A DNA stretch of 64,000 nt from Dehalococcoidia bacterium (GTDB taxonomy: Bacteria > Chloroflexota > Dehalococcoidia > UBA2979), in contig CAXXDN010000002.1 of assembly GCA_963667465.2 (NCBI GenBank), positions 1 to 64,000 of the forward strand. The letters run 5' to 3'. The translations under genes were made by a program, and so were the position numbers. Shown here in pieces: positions 38,302 through 48,197 of the stretch. The stretch's first letter is position 1. Each line of letters opens with the position of its first letter. Below the pieces are notes generated by a model, which saw only the letters and a program-made list of their open reading frames with translations, ran no database searches and was not told the origin of the DNA.

Positions 38302-38546
38302 TCGGTCTCGGTCCGCCCGTAGATCAGCTCCCGGAGGTCCTGCCAGGAGTGCGCCTCGAGCGGGTCAGGCTCACCTGCCTGGCCCACGCTCAGGTCTGGC
38401 AACTTGTAGCGAGGATGCGGCGTCGTTGTGGAGAGCACCCGGCGGAGTCCCTCTTCGACCACGGCGCGCAACGGCTGTCCCGTGCTGCGTGCATGGCGCT
38501 TGGCGCGGAGCAGCAGTTCATCCTGGATGTCGAGCGTGGTCTTCAT
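38298..38546 (-). CDS. VapB-like antitoxin
   Basis: MKTTLDIQDELLLRAK...VVEEGLR; overlaps vapC start. Confidence 0.85.
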   Translation of the reverse strand: MKTTLDIQDELLLRAKRHARSTGQPLRAVVEEGLRRVLSTTTPHPRYKLPDLSVGQAGEPDPLEAHSWQDLRELIYGRTETE

Positions 38547-38656
38547 GGACCCATAGTACCCATATGCTCGATGCTGGTCGAGCCATATCATGACCGGGCG
38601 CGCGGCCCTCGGGTGCGGCGATCTCGCTTTTCCAGCCGGGCTGGAACAGTCCGGCG

Positions 38657-38893
38657 CTACGCCACGGATGCGCCGACGCGGGCGTCGCGGTAGCGGCGGT
38701 GCAGGTCGGCGGCCACCTCCGGGCGGAAGCTGAGCGCCAGCAGCGTGTCGCGGACCTCGTCCGGGTAGGGGCGAACCGACGCCGGGTGCGTGCGGACCTC
38801 GGCGATGAAGTCGTCGAAGCGCGCGCGCAGATCGGATGCGTCGACCGCCTCGCGGGCGAGGGCGAACAGGGCCTTGCGGAAGCGGCGGTCCAC
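38657..38893 (-). CDS. Small hypothetical protein
   Basis: 78-aa ORF directly downstream of the DUF35 gene, with RBS-like GGAGG. Confidence 0.5.
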   Translation of the reverse strand: MDRRFRKALFALAREAVDASDLRARFDDFIAEVRTHPASVRPYPDEVRDTLLALSFRPEVAADLHRRYRDARVGASVA

Positions 38894-38918
38894 AGCTCGG
38901 CCTCCCTGCCGCGCCGGC

Positions 38919-39371
38919 TTAGCTCGCCGGCTTCCAGCGCAGGATCGTCACGTCGTCCGCCACGTCGTCGAAGACGGCCTCCATGGCCATGCCGACCGCG
39001 AGGTCCTCGTTGTCCACCTCGACGGCGTTGCCGTAGACGACGTTGTAGGTGGCGTTGTTATGGATGCTGACGGTGGCGGGATCCACGTCGTCCGGCAGCA
39101 CCTGGATGACGTTGTAGGGGTCGTGCCCGCGCCAGGGACCGAGGATGCCCTGCGTGACGATCACGTAGGTGTAGAGCGTGCCCTTCCCGCTCACCGCTTG
39201 CCATTCCAGCTCCTCGCCAAGGCAGAAACGGCAGGTGCGGTCCGGCGGGTGCTGGAAGGTCTGGCAGGACTGGCAGCGCTGGAGGACCATGCGGTGCTCG
39301 CGGAGCGCGTCCCAGTAGCCCTGGGTGAGGACGTCCGGCTGGGGCAGCAGGTAGGGGTACTCGTCAGCCAT
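38919..39371 (-). CDS. DUF35 Zn-ribbon/OB-fold protein
   Basis: QRCQSC...PP..CRFC, SGKGTLYTY, VGMAMEAVF. Confidence 0.88.
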   Translation of the reverse strand: MADEYPYLLPQPDVLTQGYWDALREHRMVLQRCQSCQTFQHPPDRTCRFCLGEELEWQAVSGKGTLYTYVIVTQGILGPWRGHDPYNVIQVLPDDVDPATVSIHNNATYNVVYGNAVEVDNEDLAVGMAMEAVFDDVADDVTILRWKPAS

Positions 39372-39373
39372 CG

Positions 39374-40600
39374 TCAGTCCGCCTTCATCATCACGAGCGC
39401 GCTCTTGCCGACCACGCCAGTGTGCAGGGCGATCTTCGGGTCGCGGGTCTGGCGACAGAGATCGCGGTCGTAGGTGTGCTGGCCGTCCGCCCAGTTGGGG
39501 CAGAGGTCCTCGGCCTCGCCCCAGAGCTGCTGCGCGGCCTCGAGGGCGTTGTTGAGGCCGTGGCAGTAGCCCTCGTTGATCAGGCCGCCCTGCGTCTCCA
39601 TCGGGATCTGGCCGTCCAGCGAGATGGCGCCGCTGCGCACGAAGTCCGCGCACTCGCCCTTCCCGCACCAGCCGATGTCCTCGACCATGCGCATCGGGCA
39701 GTCCGTGAAGTTGTCGTAGAGCAGCGCGATGTCGATGTCGCTGAGCTGGATGTCGGCGGCTCCGAAGAGCTGGTCGCGCATGTACTTGAAGCCGGTGTCG
39801 GCGAGGTCCTCGAAGGGGCTGGGCCCGCCAATCGCGCCGCGGATCAGCAGCGGCGTCTTGCGCAGCGACTTCGCCCGCTCGGTGCTGGTGAGGATCATGG
39901 CGCAGGCCACATCCGTCTCCAGGCAGCAGTCCAGCAGGTGGTAGGGATTGACGATGTAGCGCGAGTTCTGGTGGTCCTCGACGGTGACCGGGTCGCGCAT
40001 GGTGGCGCGCGGGTTCTTGACCGCGTTGCTGCGCGAGTTGACGGTCCACTCGGCGAGGTCCGCGCTGCTCACGTCGTAGAGACCCATGTAGCGCCGCGCC
40101 TGCTGCGCGTACGTCGAGGGCGGACCGGCGAGGCCGTAGATGTTCTGGAACTGGCCCGCGCCGCCGACGCGGTTGCTGCCTCCGCCGGCGCCCGCTCCGG
40201 ACTGGCCCATGCGGTAGCCGGAGCGCCCGTTCATCGAGCGGTAGACCAGGCAGTAGTCCGCCATCCCGTGGTAGATGATCTGCGCGCCCATCATGATCGA
40301 GGCGGAGGCGTAGTTCCCGCCGCCCGTGAGGCTGGTGTCCTGATGGATGCGCCGCACGCCGAGCGCGCGCAGCGCTGCCTGCGGATCGATTGAGTCGTTG
40401 GTCTGATAGGTGACGCCGGCGTCGATGTCCTTCGGATCCATCCCGGCGTCGGCGGCGGCCTCGCGGGCCGCCCGCACGGTGAGCGTGGTCACGCTCTCGC
40501 CGGAGTTCTTGGAGAACCCACCGGGCGCCGACGGGCTGCGGCTGTAGCCGATCCCGACGATCGCCACGCTGTCGCGGAAGTCCTCTGGGGGCATACGCAT
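39374..40600 (-). CDS. SCP2/Ltp2-like thiolase-fold protein
   Basis: AIVGIG, PYHLLDCCLETD, LYDNFT, GGLINEGYCHG; lacks the canonical thiolase Cys. Confidence 0.85.
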   Translation of the reverse strand: MRMPPEDFRDSVAIVGIGYSRSPSAPGGFSKNSGESVTTLTVRAAREAAADAGMDPKDIDAGVTYQTNDSIDPQAALRALGVRRIHQDTSLTGGGNYASASIMMGAQIIYHGMADYCLVYRSMNGRSGYRMGQSGAGAGGGSNRVGGAGQFQNIYGLAGPPSTYAQQARRYMGLYDVSSADLAEWTVNSRSNAVKNPRATMRDPVTVEDHQNSRYIVNPYHLLDCCLETDVACAMILTSTERAKSLRKTPLLIRGAIGGPSPFEDLADTGFKYMRDQLFGAADIQLSDIDIALLYDNFTDCPMRMVEDIGWCGKGECADFVRSGAISLDGQIPMETQGGLINEGYCHGLNNALEAAQQLWGEAEDLCPNWADGQHTYDRDLCRQTRDPKIALHTGVVGKSALVMMKAD

Positions 40601-40816
40601 CTTCCCCTTCGCCAGCCCTCGCCGGAGCGTCCGGCGAGGAGCACCCGGACCATATCACCGGCATTGCGGGGTCGCCAGCGATGGCGGGCGCACGGGCGTG
40701 CGGCGACCCGCCCCAGGGCCTCGTAGGGGCCGAGGTTTGCGACGACTTCGAGGCCATGCTATGAAGCGGAGCGCGCCTGCGGGCAGGTTCCGCGCGCGCC
40801 GCGAAGGGAGCCACAC

Positions 40817-42046
40817 ATGCCGGGTCCGGAGATCAGGGGCAAGTACGCGATCGTGGGTGTCGGGGAGACCGAGTACTCCCGCAACTCCGGCCGCACCACG
40901 CGGGCGATGGGCGCCGAGGCGATTCGCAACGCCATCCAGGACGCCGGCATGTGGGAGGACCGCAAGGAAACCAGCTGGGGCATGCTCTCCTACCAGGGCC
41001 GCGGCTCCGCCAACGCCCCGGACCTCGCAGGCGAGGTCGGCATCCGCCTCGACTTCTTCTTCGACTGCATGGGCGGCGGCTCCTCGACCGAGGCGCTGAC
41101 CGGCATGGCGGTCGGCGTGATCGAGGCCGGGATGTGCGACGCGGTGATCATCAACCGCTCGATGAACGGCTTCACGGAGACGCGGACCGGCGGCACCGGC
41201 CAGCAGGCGCCGCGCTTCACCACGGCCAACGGCATGGACACGCTGCAGACGGCGATCTACGGCTTCGGCACGCCGCTGCAAAACTTCTCTCTCGCCTTCG
41301 TGCGCCACATGCACAACTACGGCACGACCAACGAGCAGCTCGCCGAGGTCAAGGTCGCCCACAGCTGGGGCGCCTCGAATAACCCGAAGGCCTACTACAA
41401 GACGCGGCTGACCGTGGAGGACGTAGTCAACTCCCGCTACATCGTGAAGCCGTTCCACCTGCTGGACTGCTGCGTGGAGACGGACAACGGGACGGCGATC
41501 ATCGTGACGACGGCGGAGCGGGCGGCGAGTCTGGCGAAGCCGGTGGTCAAGATCCTCGGCCTGGCGGGCCGCGTCTGTAAGTGGCAGGCCGGCTACCCCT
41601 GGCAGAACGACCCGATATCGCAGGTCGCCGGCGAGTACAACGCTCGCATCCTCTGGCCGAACGCGGGCGTCGGCCCCGAGGACATCGACATCACCGGCTC
41701 CTACGACGCGTTCACCTTCACCTCGCTGATCCAGCTCGAGGCCTACGGCTTCTGCCCGATCGGCGAGGGCGGCACCTACGTCTCCGACGGCACCATCAAG
41801 CTGGGCGGGAAACGGCCGAACAACCCCTCGGGCGGTCACCTCTGCGAGGGCTACACGCACGGCATGAACATGGTGATCGAGAACGTGCGTCAGCTGCGCA
41901 AGCAGGTGGACGACTACTGCACCGGCGATCACACCTTCGACTACAGCGAGGGCGCGTGCCGCCAGGTGCAGGACCCGGAGATCACCGCCAACCTCGGTTG
42001 GGCGAACCCGGGCACGGCCTCCTCGATGGTGATGACGAACCAGTAG
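40817..42046 (+). CDS. SCP2/Ltp2-like thiolase-fold protein
   Basis: AIVGVGET, PFHLLDCCVETD, YDAFT, SGGHLCEGYTHG. Confidence 0.87.
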   Translation: MPGPEIRGKYAIVGVGETEYSRNSGRTTRAMGAEAIRNAIQDAGMWEDRKETSWGMLSYQGRGSANAPDLAGEVGIRLDFFFDCMGGGSSTEALTGMAVGVIEAGMCDAVIINRSMNGFTETRTGGTGQQAPRFTTANGMDTLQTAIYGFGTPLQNFSLAFVRHMHNYGTTNEQLAEVKVAHSWGASNNPKAYYKTRLTVEDVVNSRYIVKPFHLLDCCVETDNGTAIIVTTAERAASLAKPVVKILGLAGRVCKWQAGYPWQNDPISQVAGEYNARILWPNAGVGPEDIDITGSYDAFTFTSLIQLEAYGFCPIGEGGTYVSDGTIKLGGKRPNNPSGGHLCEGYTHGMNMVIENVRQLRKQVDDYCTGDHTFDYSEGACRQVQDPEITANLGWANPGTASSMVMTNQ

Positions 42047-42108
42047 TTCGCCGGCAGCGGCCGGGAATGCGTTGGGGGCGCCGCGGGGCGCCCCCTTCCG
42101 CGTCCGCG

Positions 42109-42537
42109 TCAGGGCAGGGCGTCCGGCCAGGGATTGACGAGATCGATCCCGCACCCCTCGAAACCGCCCGAGTCGCGAGTCGCGACCGGCACTCCTGCCG
42201 AGCGCGCGATCGCTGCGATTTGGCAGTCCGACTGGCTGATTGGACGGCCAGTCGCGCGGCGACTGGCCGCGATGACGGCGTACTCGCGGGCTGCATCACT
42301 ACCGAACGGCAGGATGGGCTGGGCGAACATTGCGCCCAGCGTGCGCTCGGCCGCAGCGGCCAATCCGCGACGACGCTCTCCCGACGGCAGCAACGCGATT
42401 CCGGTTCGGATTTCCGCCTCGGTCACCGCCGTGACGAAGAGGCTGTTCAGGGGCTGCTGGTCGACCCATGCGAGTACTTCGGGTCGCGGGTTGTCCCGCA
42501 TGAGTTCCGAGACGACGTTGGTGTCGAGAATGAACAC
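42109..42537 (-). CDS. VapC/FitB PIN toxin
   Basis: ILDTNVVSE, DCQIAAIA, ATRD, NPW. Confidence 0.9.
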   Translation of the reverse strand: MFILDTNVVSELMRDNPRPEVLAWVDQQPLNSLFVTAVTEAEIRTGIALLPSGERRRGLAAAAERTLGAMFAQPILPFGSDAAREYAVIAASRRATGRPISQSDCQIAAIARSAGVPVATRDSGGFEGCGIDLVNPWPDALP

Positions 42538-42546
42538 TCCCGGGGC

Positions 42547-42792
42547 CTAGTCAAACTGTGGGACTTCGCGCATCGGTTCCCTCGGAGGGATCGGCAGGTC
42601 GACGCCGCCGAACGGCTTGAACAACTCGTGAATCGCCGTTCCGAGATTCCCCGGGGGCGCCGATTCCTCGGCCAGTGCCGCGCGGAGAATCTCGCGCACC
42701 TCCTGCTCCATCGAGTGGCCGCGCTCCGCCGCCCGAATGCGTAGCCGCCGCTTCAGTCCTTCATCGAGGTTACGTACCGTGATGCTGGCCAT
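42547..42792 (-). CDS. FitA-like ribbon-helix-helix antitoxin
   Basis: MASITVRNLDEGLKRRLRIRAAERGHSMEQEVREIL. Confidence 0.9.
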   Translation of the reverse strand: MASITVRNLDEGLKRRLRIRAAERGHSMEQEVREILRAALAEESAPPGNLGTAIHELFKPFGGVDLPIPPREPMREVPQFD

Positions 42793-42814
42793 GACCGACG
42801 GGCTCCACTCAGGC

Positions 42815-42850
42815 TGCAACGCAATCATACGGTGATTGCAACGCAATCAC
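42815..42850. promoter_or_regulatory. Likely FitA-type operator: GCAATCA-N5-TGATTGC plus direct repeat TGCAACGCAATCA
   Basis: Inverted and direct repeats just upstream of the antitoxin. Confidence 0.6.
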
Positions 42851-42897
42851 CACCGCGGAATCGCCCCTCTGCGCAGGCTTGTTGCCGCAAGCCACGC

Positions 42898-43695
42898 CTA
42901 CGAACCCGGCGGCCGCCGCGGCGTGTAGGGCGGCGGGTCGGCCATGTGCGGCAGGCCGTGCGCGCCGCCGGGGCGGAAGTCGAGCGGCGCGTGGCGGTGC
43001 AGACGCAGCAGCCGCACCAGCGTCTCGATGTCGGGGACAGCCTCCGGGAAGCCCGTTCCGACGCGCCCCACGGCAGGGAGGCTATGGACGTCCGAGCCGG
43101 CGGTGCGGCCGACGCCCAGCTCCTCGGCAAGCGTCGCCCAGTAGCCGTCGACGTGGTCCGTGTGGTCGCCGTTGACGACCTCGACCGCCTCGAACAGGTC
43201 CGGGATGGCGGACCAGCTCGGGCGCTGGTGATCGCCCTCGCGCATCGGGTGCGCCCAGACCATCGCACCGCCCTCGGCGATCACGATCTCGCGCAGGCGC
43301 TCGATGTTGGTCAGCTCCGGGCGGTAGCGATCGAGGCCGAAGACGAGCACGTGGCCGTGCGTGCTGCCGATCTCCATGCCCGGCAGCACGGTGACGCCGT
43401 GCCGCTCGCCGATCTCGCGCGCCTTGTCCGCATCCCAGATCGCGTTGTGCTCGGTGAGGCAGACGCCGTCGAGGCCACGCGCCGCTGCCTGCGCCACCAG
43501 CCGCTCGGCGCGCACCCCGCTGTCGAGCGAGAGCTCGGAGCTGTGGCAGTGCATGTCGACCACGGCGCCGCCCGGGAGCCGCGCGTCAGCGACGATGCCC
43601 AACTCCGCGCCGGGCTCGCTCGCCATCGAGAGTGCGGCCGGCTGCGGCAGGCCGGCCGCGGCGGCAGGCGGCGGCTCCGCCCCCTCCCCGGTCAC
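42898..43695 (-). CDS. PHP-domain metallophosphoesterase
   Basis: DMHCHS, LTEHN, GHVLVFG, WAHP, AGSDVH; start may be 43626. Confidence 0.85.
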   Translation of the reverse strand: MTGEGAEPPPAAAAGLPQPAALSMASEPGAELGIVADARLPGGAVVDMHCHSSELSLDSGVRAERLVAQAAARGLDGVCLTEHNAIWDADKAREIGERHGVTVLPGMEIGSTHGHVLVFGLDRYRPELTNIERLREIVIAEGGAMVWAHPMREGDHQRPSWSAIPDLFEAVEVVNGDHTDHVDGYWATLAEELGVGRTAGSDVHSLPAVGRVGTGFPEAVPDIETLVRLLRLHRHAPLDFRPGGAHGLPHMADPPPYTPRRPPGS

Positions 43696-43729
43696 GAGGC
43701 GATATGCACGGCTGCCTGCACCCGGCTCG

Positions 43730-44704
43730 CTAGCCTGCCGCCCGCTCGCGGGCGAGGCGGATCAGCTCCGGCAGCACCTCCAGGCAGTCGCCGGTAATGC
43801 CGTAGCGGGCGTAACGGAAGATCGGTGCGTCGCCGTCGGTGTTGACGCCGACGAGCACGCGCGCCGTCGAGCAGCCGACCATGTGCTGGCTCGCGCCGGA
43901 GATGCCCGCCGCGATGTAGAGGTCCGGGCTGACGATCTTGCCCGTCAGGCCCACCTGCTCCTCGGCTGGCGCCCAGCCGTCGTCGACGATCGCGCGCGAA
44001 GCGCCCGGCAGGCCGGCGAGGGCTTCCGCGAGCTCGCGAATCAGGCCGAAGTTGTCGCCCAGCTGCAGGCCGCGCCCGCCCGAGACGACGATCTTCGCGT
44101 CCTCCAGGCGCGGGCCGGTGAGCGCCGCGGGCTCCTCGACGGTCACGCGTTCTTCGGCAGGCGCGACGTCGAGGGCTACCGTCTCCGCCGTTCGCCCGGC
44201 CTCGCGCTCCGGCGCCGTGGCGACGCCCGGCGCGAGCGAGACGACGCGAGGCGTCGCGTTCATGCGGTAGACCGCGCGCGCCGCGCCGCCGAAGACGGAG
44301 GCGACGGCCTCGACGTTCGCGCCGGCGGTGCGGAAGCTGCTCACGCCCATCACGCAGCCGCCACCCAGCCGCGCGCCGAGGCGCGGCGCCAGCTCGAGCG
44401 CGTTCGGGCCGCGCGCGACGATCACGCTGCTCGCGCCGGAGGCGCTCACCGCCTCGGCTGCGGCGGCGACGACGGCGTCGCCGGCGAAGGTGGCGAGGTG
44501 ATCGGCGTCGGCGCTGAGCACCTGCTCCGCGCCGCGCTCCGCGGCCTCGGCGGCGGCTGCCTCGAGACCCTGTCCGATGAGCGCGCAGGCAAGCGGCTCG
44601 CCGAGGGCGTCGGCGAGGCTGCGTGCGATGCCGAGCGCCTCGCCCTCGGCCTGGTTGAGTCCGTCCGATCCGGGTTGCGCGATGACGACCAGCACGCCGC
44701 TCAC
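43730..44704 (-). CDS. etfA: Electron transfer flavoprotein alpha subunit
   Basis: VSGGRG, GASRAIVD, QVGLTGK, GISGASQH. Confidence 0.92.
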   Translation of the reverse strand: MSGVLVVIAQPGSDGLNQAEGEALGIARSLADALGEPLACALIGQGLEAAAAEAAERGAEQVLSADADHLATFAGDAVVAAAAEAVSASGASSVIVARGPNALELAPRLGARLGGGCVMGVSSFRTAGANVEAVASVFGGAARAVYRMNATPRVVSLAPGVATAPEREAGRTAETVALDVAPAEERVTVEEPAALTGPRLEDAKIVVSGGRGLQLGDNFGLIRELAEALAGLPGASRAIVDDGWAPAEEQVGLTGKIVSPDLYIAAGISGASQHMVGCSTARVLVGVNTDGDAPIFRYARYGITGDCLEVLPELIRLARERAAG

Positions 44705-45498
44705 AGCACGCCCTCCTCTTCCAGCTTCGCGAACAGGGTCGCGGCCTGCTCGGCGGGCGTCGCGCCCTCGATCTGCTCGCACTGGCCCTGCACGTCGGGG
44801 ACGAACAGCTCGACCAGCTCGACGCCGTGCGCGCCCTCGCTGGCGTCGAGGTCGGCGGCGGCGCGCACGGTCGGCGGGCGGCGGCGGGCAGCGATCATGC
44901 CGCGGCTCGTCGGGTAGCGAGGCACGCCGAGCTCGTTGCTGATCGTCACGACGGCGGGCGTGGCCACCGAGACGAGCTCCTCGCCGAGCGGCGTCGCGCG
45001 CTGCACCCGCAGCCGCCCGTCCCCGGCCGTAACGCCGAAGCCGAGCGTGACGCAGGCAAAGCCGAGCAGCTCCGCCAATGCACCGGGCACGGTGCCCTGG
45101 TCGTAGTCCGAGGACTGGCGCCCGCAGAGCACGAGGTCCACGTCGCCCAGCTCTGCGATCTGGGCGCTGAGCAAGCGCGCGGTGCGCAGCGCGTTGCCGG
45201 CCCCGGCCTCAGGGTCATCGATGCGGATGATCTCGTTGCAGCCCATCGCGACGCAGTGCTTGAGCACCTGGTCGACGTCCTCGCCGCCGACGGAGATGGC
45301 GGTGATCTTGACTTCGTCACCGTCGTCGCGGAGGCGCAGCGCCGCCTCGATCGCCTGGTCGTCGTAGGCGTTGATGATCAGCGGCAGCCGGGTGCTGAAC
45401 GCCCGTCCGCTCTCGTCGACGTCGAGCTGGCCCCACAGCGCGTAGCTGTTGACGCCGTCCGGGTCGACGACCTGCTTGACGCAGATCACGATGTGCAT
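44701..45498 (-). CDS. etfB: Electron transfer flavoprotein beta subunit
   Basis: ICVKQV, INAYD..AIEAAL, CGRQSSDYDQG, PRYP. Confidence 0.92.
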   Translation of the reverse strand: MHIVICVKQVVDPDGVNSYALWGQLDVDESGRAFSTRLPLIINAYDDQAIEAALRLRDDGDEVKITAISVGGEDVDQVLKHCVAMGCNEIIRIDDPEAGAGNALRTARLLSAQIAELGDVDLVLCGRQSSDYDQGTVPGALAELLGFACVTLGFGVTAGDGRLRVQRATPLGEELVSVATPAVVTISNELGVPRYPTSRGMIAARRRPPTVRAAADLDASEGAHGVELVELFVPDVQGQCEQIEGATPAEQAATLFAKLEEEGVL

Positions 45499-45542
45499 GC
45501 GGCCTCCTTCGGTCGCGTTCCGTGCGTGTGCGGGCTGCGGCC

Positions 45543-45869
45543 CTAGTCCTCGTCGTCGAAGAAGACGAAGCTCTCCTCGCACCAGACGAGCTGGGCGCCC
45601 TGTCCGCTGTGATCGTCGATGCTGCGCCCGGCGAGTTCCAGCCAGCGCCAGGGTGGGTCGCCTTGCTCGAAGCGGCGGCCGGTGGCCACGCCGCGGTACG
45701 TGACGCGGCCGGCGTAGTCCGTGCCCTCGATCTGCGCGCCGCCCTCGCAGGTGCAGGGTCGGCCCAGCAGCGACTCGTCGAAGAAGTAGCGGACGTCCTC
45801 TTCCTCGTCGATGGCCTCAGGGGCCGCGTCGTCGAGGTCCTCGGGGCGCTCGCCCTCGGGCCCACTCAC
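45543..45869 (-). CDS. Acidic hypothetical protein
   Basis: Protein-like ORF co-oriented upstream of etfB. Confidence 0.5.
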   Translation of the reverse strand: MSGPEGERPEDLDDAAPEAIDEEEDVRYFFDESLLGRPCTCEGGAQIEGTDYAGRVTYRGVATGRRFEQGDPPWRWLELAGRSIDDHSGQGAQLVWCEESFVFFDDED

Positions 45870-46045
45870 TGGCCTGTCCCCCCGCCGCAGCCAACGTGGC
45901 GCGGCGCAAGTTTCGCGTCGCCTCGCGGCGGCGTCAAAGCGCCTCGCGGCGGGCGTCATTCTAGCCGCCCGCGCCGCCTGCTACGATCCGCGCCGAGCCG
46001 CCGGCGAGCCGCACGGGCACACCGGCGAAGCAGTGGGAGGGCCGT

Positions 46046-47002
46046 ATGGGACTCGCAGATCGGACGCCACCGTCGCAGGACGACTTCTTCGCCTACCGCG
46101 AGCGCTTCAGCAACTGGGGCCGCTGGGGCGACGACGACCAACTGGGCACGCTCAACCACATCACTCCCGAGGTGCGCGCGCAGGCGGCCGGACTGGTGCA
46201 GGCGGGCCGGGCGGTTTCGCTCGCAAACTCGCTGGACACGCGGCCGGGCCCGCGCAACCCGTTCCCCGTCTCGCACTACCTGCGCTGGCACCAGGGCATC
46301 GCCTGGGACTTCTTCGCGATCAACTACCACGGCCTGACCAACACGCACGTGGATGCGCACTGCCACATCTTCACCGACGACGAGGAGCCGCTGCTCTACA
46401 ACGGCAAGCCCGCCTCGTTGGTGGCGGTGACGGGCGCGAAGAGCGGGTCCGTGGAGCACTGGCGCGACGGCATCGTCACGCGCGGCGTGCTCTACGACAT
46501 CCCTCGCTTCCGCGGGACCGACCACGTCAGCTACGAGGAGCCCGTGCACGGCTGGGAGCTGGAGGACTGCGCGCGGGCGCAGGGCGTCGAGCCGCGATCG
46601 GGCGACGCGGTGATCATCCGCTCCGGCGCGGACGCCGTGCAGCGCGCGCTGCAGAGCGGCACACTGGAGGCGCCGAGCGAGGGCGCGAGCATCACCGTGC
46701 CGGGCGCGCCGCCCCGGCCGGGCGTGCACGCCTCGGCGATCGAGTTCCTCTACGAGTACGACGCCTCGATCCTGGTCTGGGACCTGCAGGAGGCGGCGGG
46801 GCAGGGCTTCGAGGGCAGCGGCGGCGCGATCCACCAGGTCGCGCTGCCCTACATGGGCCTGCCGCTGCTGGACAACGCCAACCTCGAGGCCGTCGGCGTG
46901 GCCTGCGCCGAGCTGGGCCGCCACGAGTTCCAGTTCGTCTGCGCCCCGCTGGTGATCTGGGGCGGCACCGGCTCACCGGTGAACCCGCTGGCGGTGCTGT
47001 AG
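46046..47002 (+). CDS. Cyclase/kynurenine formamidase-family protein
   Basis: NWGRWGDDDQLGTLN, HGLTNTHVDAHCH, GTGSPVNPLA. Confidence 0.9.
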   Translation: MGLADRTPPSQDDFFAYRERFSNWGRWGDDDQLGTLNHITPEVRAQAAGLVQAGRAVSLANSLDTRPGPRNPFPVSHYLRWHQGIAWDFFAINYHGLTNTHVDAHCHIFTDDEEPLLYNGKPASLVAVTGAKSGSVEHWRDGIVTRGVLYDIPRFRGTDHVSYEEPVHGWELEDCARAQGVEPRSGDAVIIRSGADAVQRALQSGTLEAPSEGASITVPGAPPRPGVHASAIEFLYEYDASILVWDLQEAAGQGFEGSGGAIHQVALPYMGLPLLDNANLEAVGVACAELGRHEFQFVCAPLVIWGGTGSPVNPLAVL

Positions 47003-47022
47003 GCGGCGGCGGACGCATCAAG

Positions 47023-47156
47023 GTGAGGCTTGAGTACACGCGGCATGCGATTCACGCGATGGCGGAACGAGGAATCCTCGAGGCGGTGAGCGCCCGCGCT
47101 GCACCAGGCGGGTGGTGAGCGTATTCTTTGGTCGGGACGCAGGAGAACGGCTGTGA
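47023..47156 (+). pseudogene. DUF4258-like toxin remnant (internal deletion)
   Basis: N-terminal VRLEYTRHAIHAMAERGI and out-of-frame C-terminal RVVSVFFGRDAGERL*, overlapping the DUF2283 start. Confidence 0.65.
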
Positions 47157-47353
47157 GACTGAGCGTGGACAAGACGGCCGATGCGCGCTACCTGCGGCTC
47201 GATGAATCCTCCATCGTCGAGTCCGAAGAGGTTTCGCCCCGGATCGTGCTCGACTACGACGAGTCGAACGAGGTGGTTGGCGTGGCGATCCTGCACCTCT
47301 CGAGCCGCTCTCCCGAGCTGAACCTGTCCGTCCTGCAATTCGAGACTGCCTGA
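47153..47353 (+). CDS. DUF2283-family protein
   Basis: DKTADARYLRL...ESEEV...VLDYDESNEVVGVAIL. Confidence 0.82.
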   Translation: MRLSVDKTADARYLRLDESSIVESEEVSPRIVLDYDESNEVVGVAILHLSSRSPELNLSVLQFETA

Positions 47354-47388
47354 GCACCGCAGGTGCCGGACTCTCCGCGGGCTTGCCC

Positions 47389-48195
47389 ATGAGCAGCATG
47401 ACTGCGGAGCAGCAGAGGCGATTGGCAGCGCTTAATCGCTTCGAGCGTGCGACCGAGGTGCCGCTGCTCGTACTCGCGCTGCTCATGGTCCCGTTGTTGG
47501 TGGCTCCTCTTGCGTTCCACCTGCCCGACGGGCGAGAACGGGTCATCTTTGCCCTCGACTGGTTGATCTGGGGCATCTTCGCGGCCGACCTGCTGATCCG
47601 GACCTGGCTCGCGCCCCGGAAGCTGAGCTACCTCCGGCAGCACTGGTTCGACGTACTGATCGTGGTGCTGCCGGTCCTGCGGCCGCTGCGCGTTGCGGGG
47701 TCGGCGCGCGCCCTGCGCGTACTCGCGGCGGCCCGGGTGCTCGTGTACGTGGCTCGGGCATCCGCCGCGACGCGCACGATCCTTGTTCGCCACGGTGTGC
47801 AGTCATCGCTGGCCTTCCTGGCCGTCGTACTTGCGGTCTCGGTGATCGCGATCTACTTCGCGGAGCGATCGAACGGCGGCCCAATCGACAGTCTGGATAC
47901 GGCGGTCTGGTGGGCGATCACGACCGCCACGACGGTCGGCTACGGTGACACCTACCCCGTCACGCCGCTGGGCCGAGGCATCGCCGTAGTGCTGATGATC
48001 GTCGGCATCGGCGTGTTCGCGGTGCTCACCGCAAGCGTGGCCGCGTTCCTCTTCGAGTCCGCGGAACCAGCCGCCGACACGGCGTCCGACGAGGTGCTGG
48101 AGGAGTTGAGGCGGCTGCACGCGCGTCTCGACGCCGCCGGGCTGGCCGAAGGCGAGCCGACTGCACCGATCGAAAGACCGATCGAAAGAGACTGA
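47389..48195 (+). CDS. Potassium channel (Kv-like, TVGYGD filter)
   Basis: WWAITTATTVGYGDTYP, S4-like LRPLRV..RALRVL. Confidence 0.9.
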   Translation: MSSMTAEQQRRLAALNRFERATEVPLLVLALLMVPLLVAPLAFHLPDGRERVIFALDWLIWGIFAADLLIRTWLAPRKLSYLRQHWFDVLIVVLPVLRPLRVAGSARALRVLAAARVLVYVARASAATRTILVRHGVQSSLAFLAVVLAVSVIAIYFAERSNGGPIDSLDTAVWWAITTATTVGYGDTYPVTPLGRGIAVVLMIVGIGVFAVLTASVAAFLFESAEPAADTASDEVLEELRRLHARLDAAGLAEGEPTAPIERPIERD

Positions 48196-48197
48196 GT

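Noticed and set aside
38657-38893. Small ORF as a RiPP precursor for the halogenase
   Set aside because: No leader, double-Gly or NHLP features; it belongs to the thiolase-DUF35 unit.
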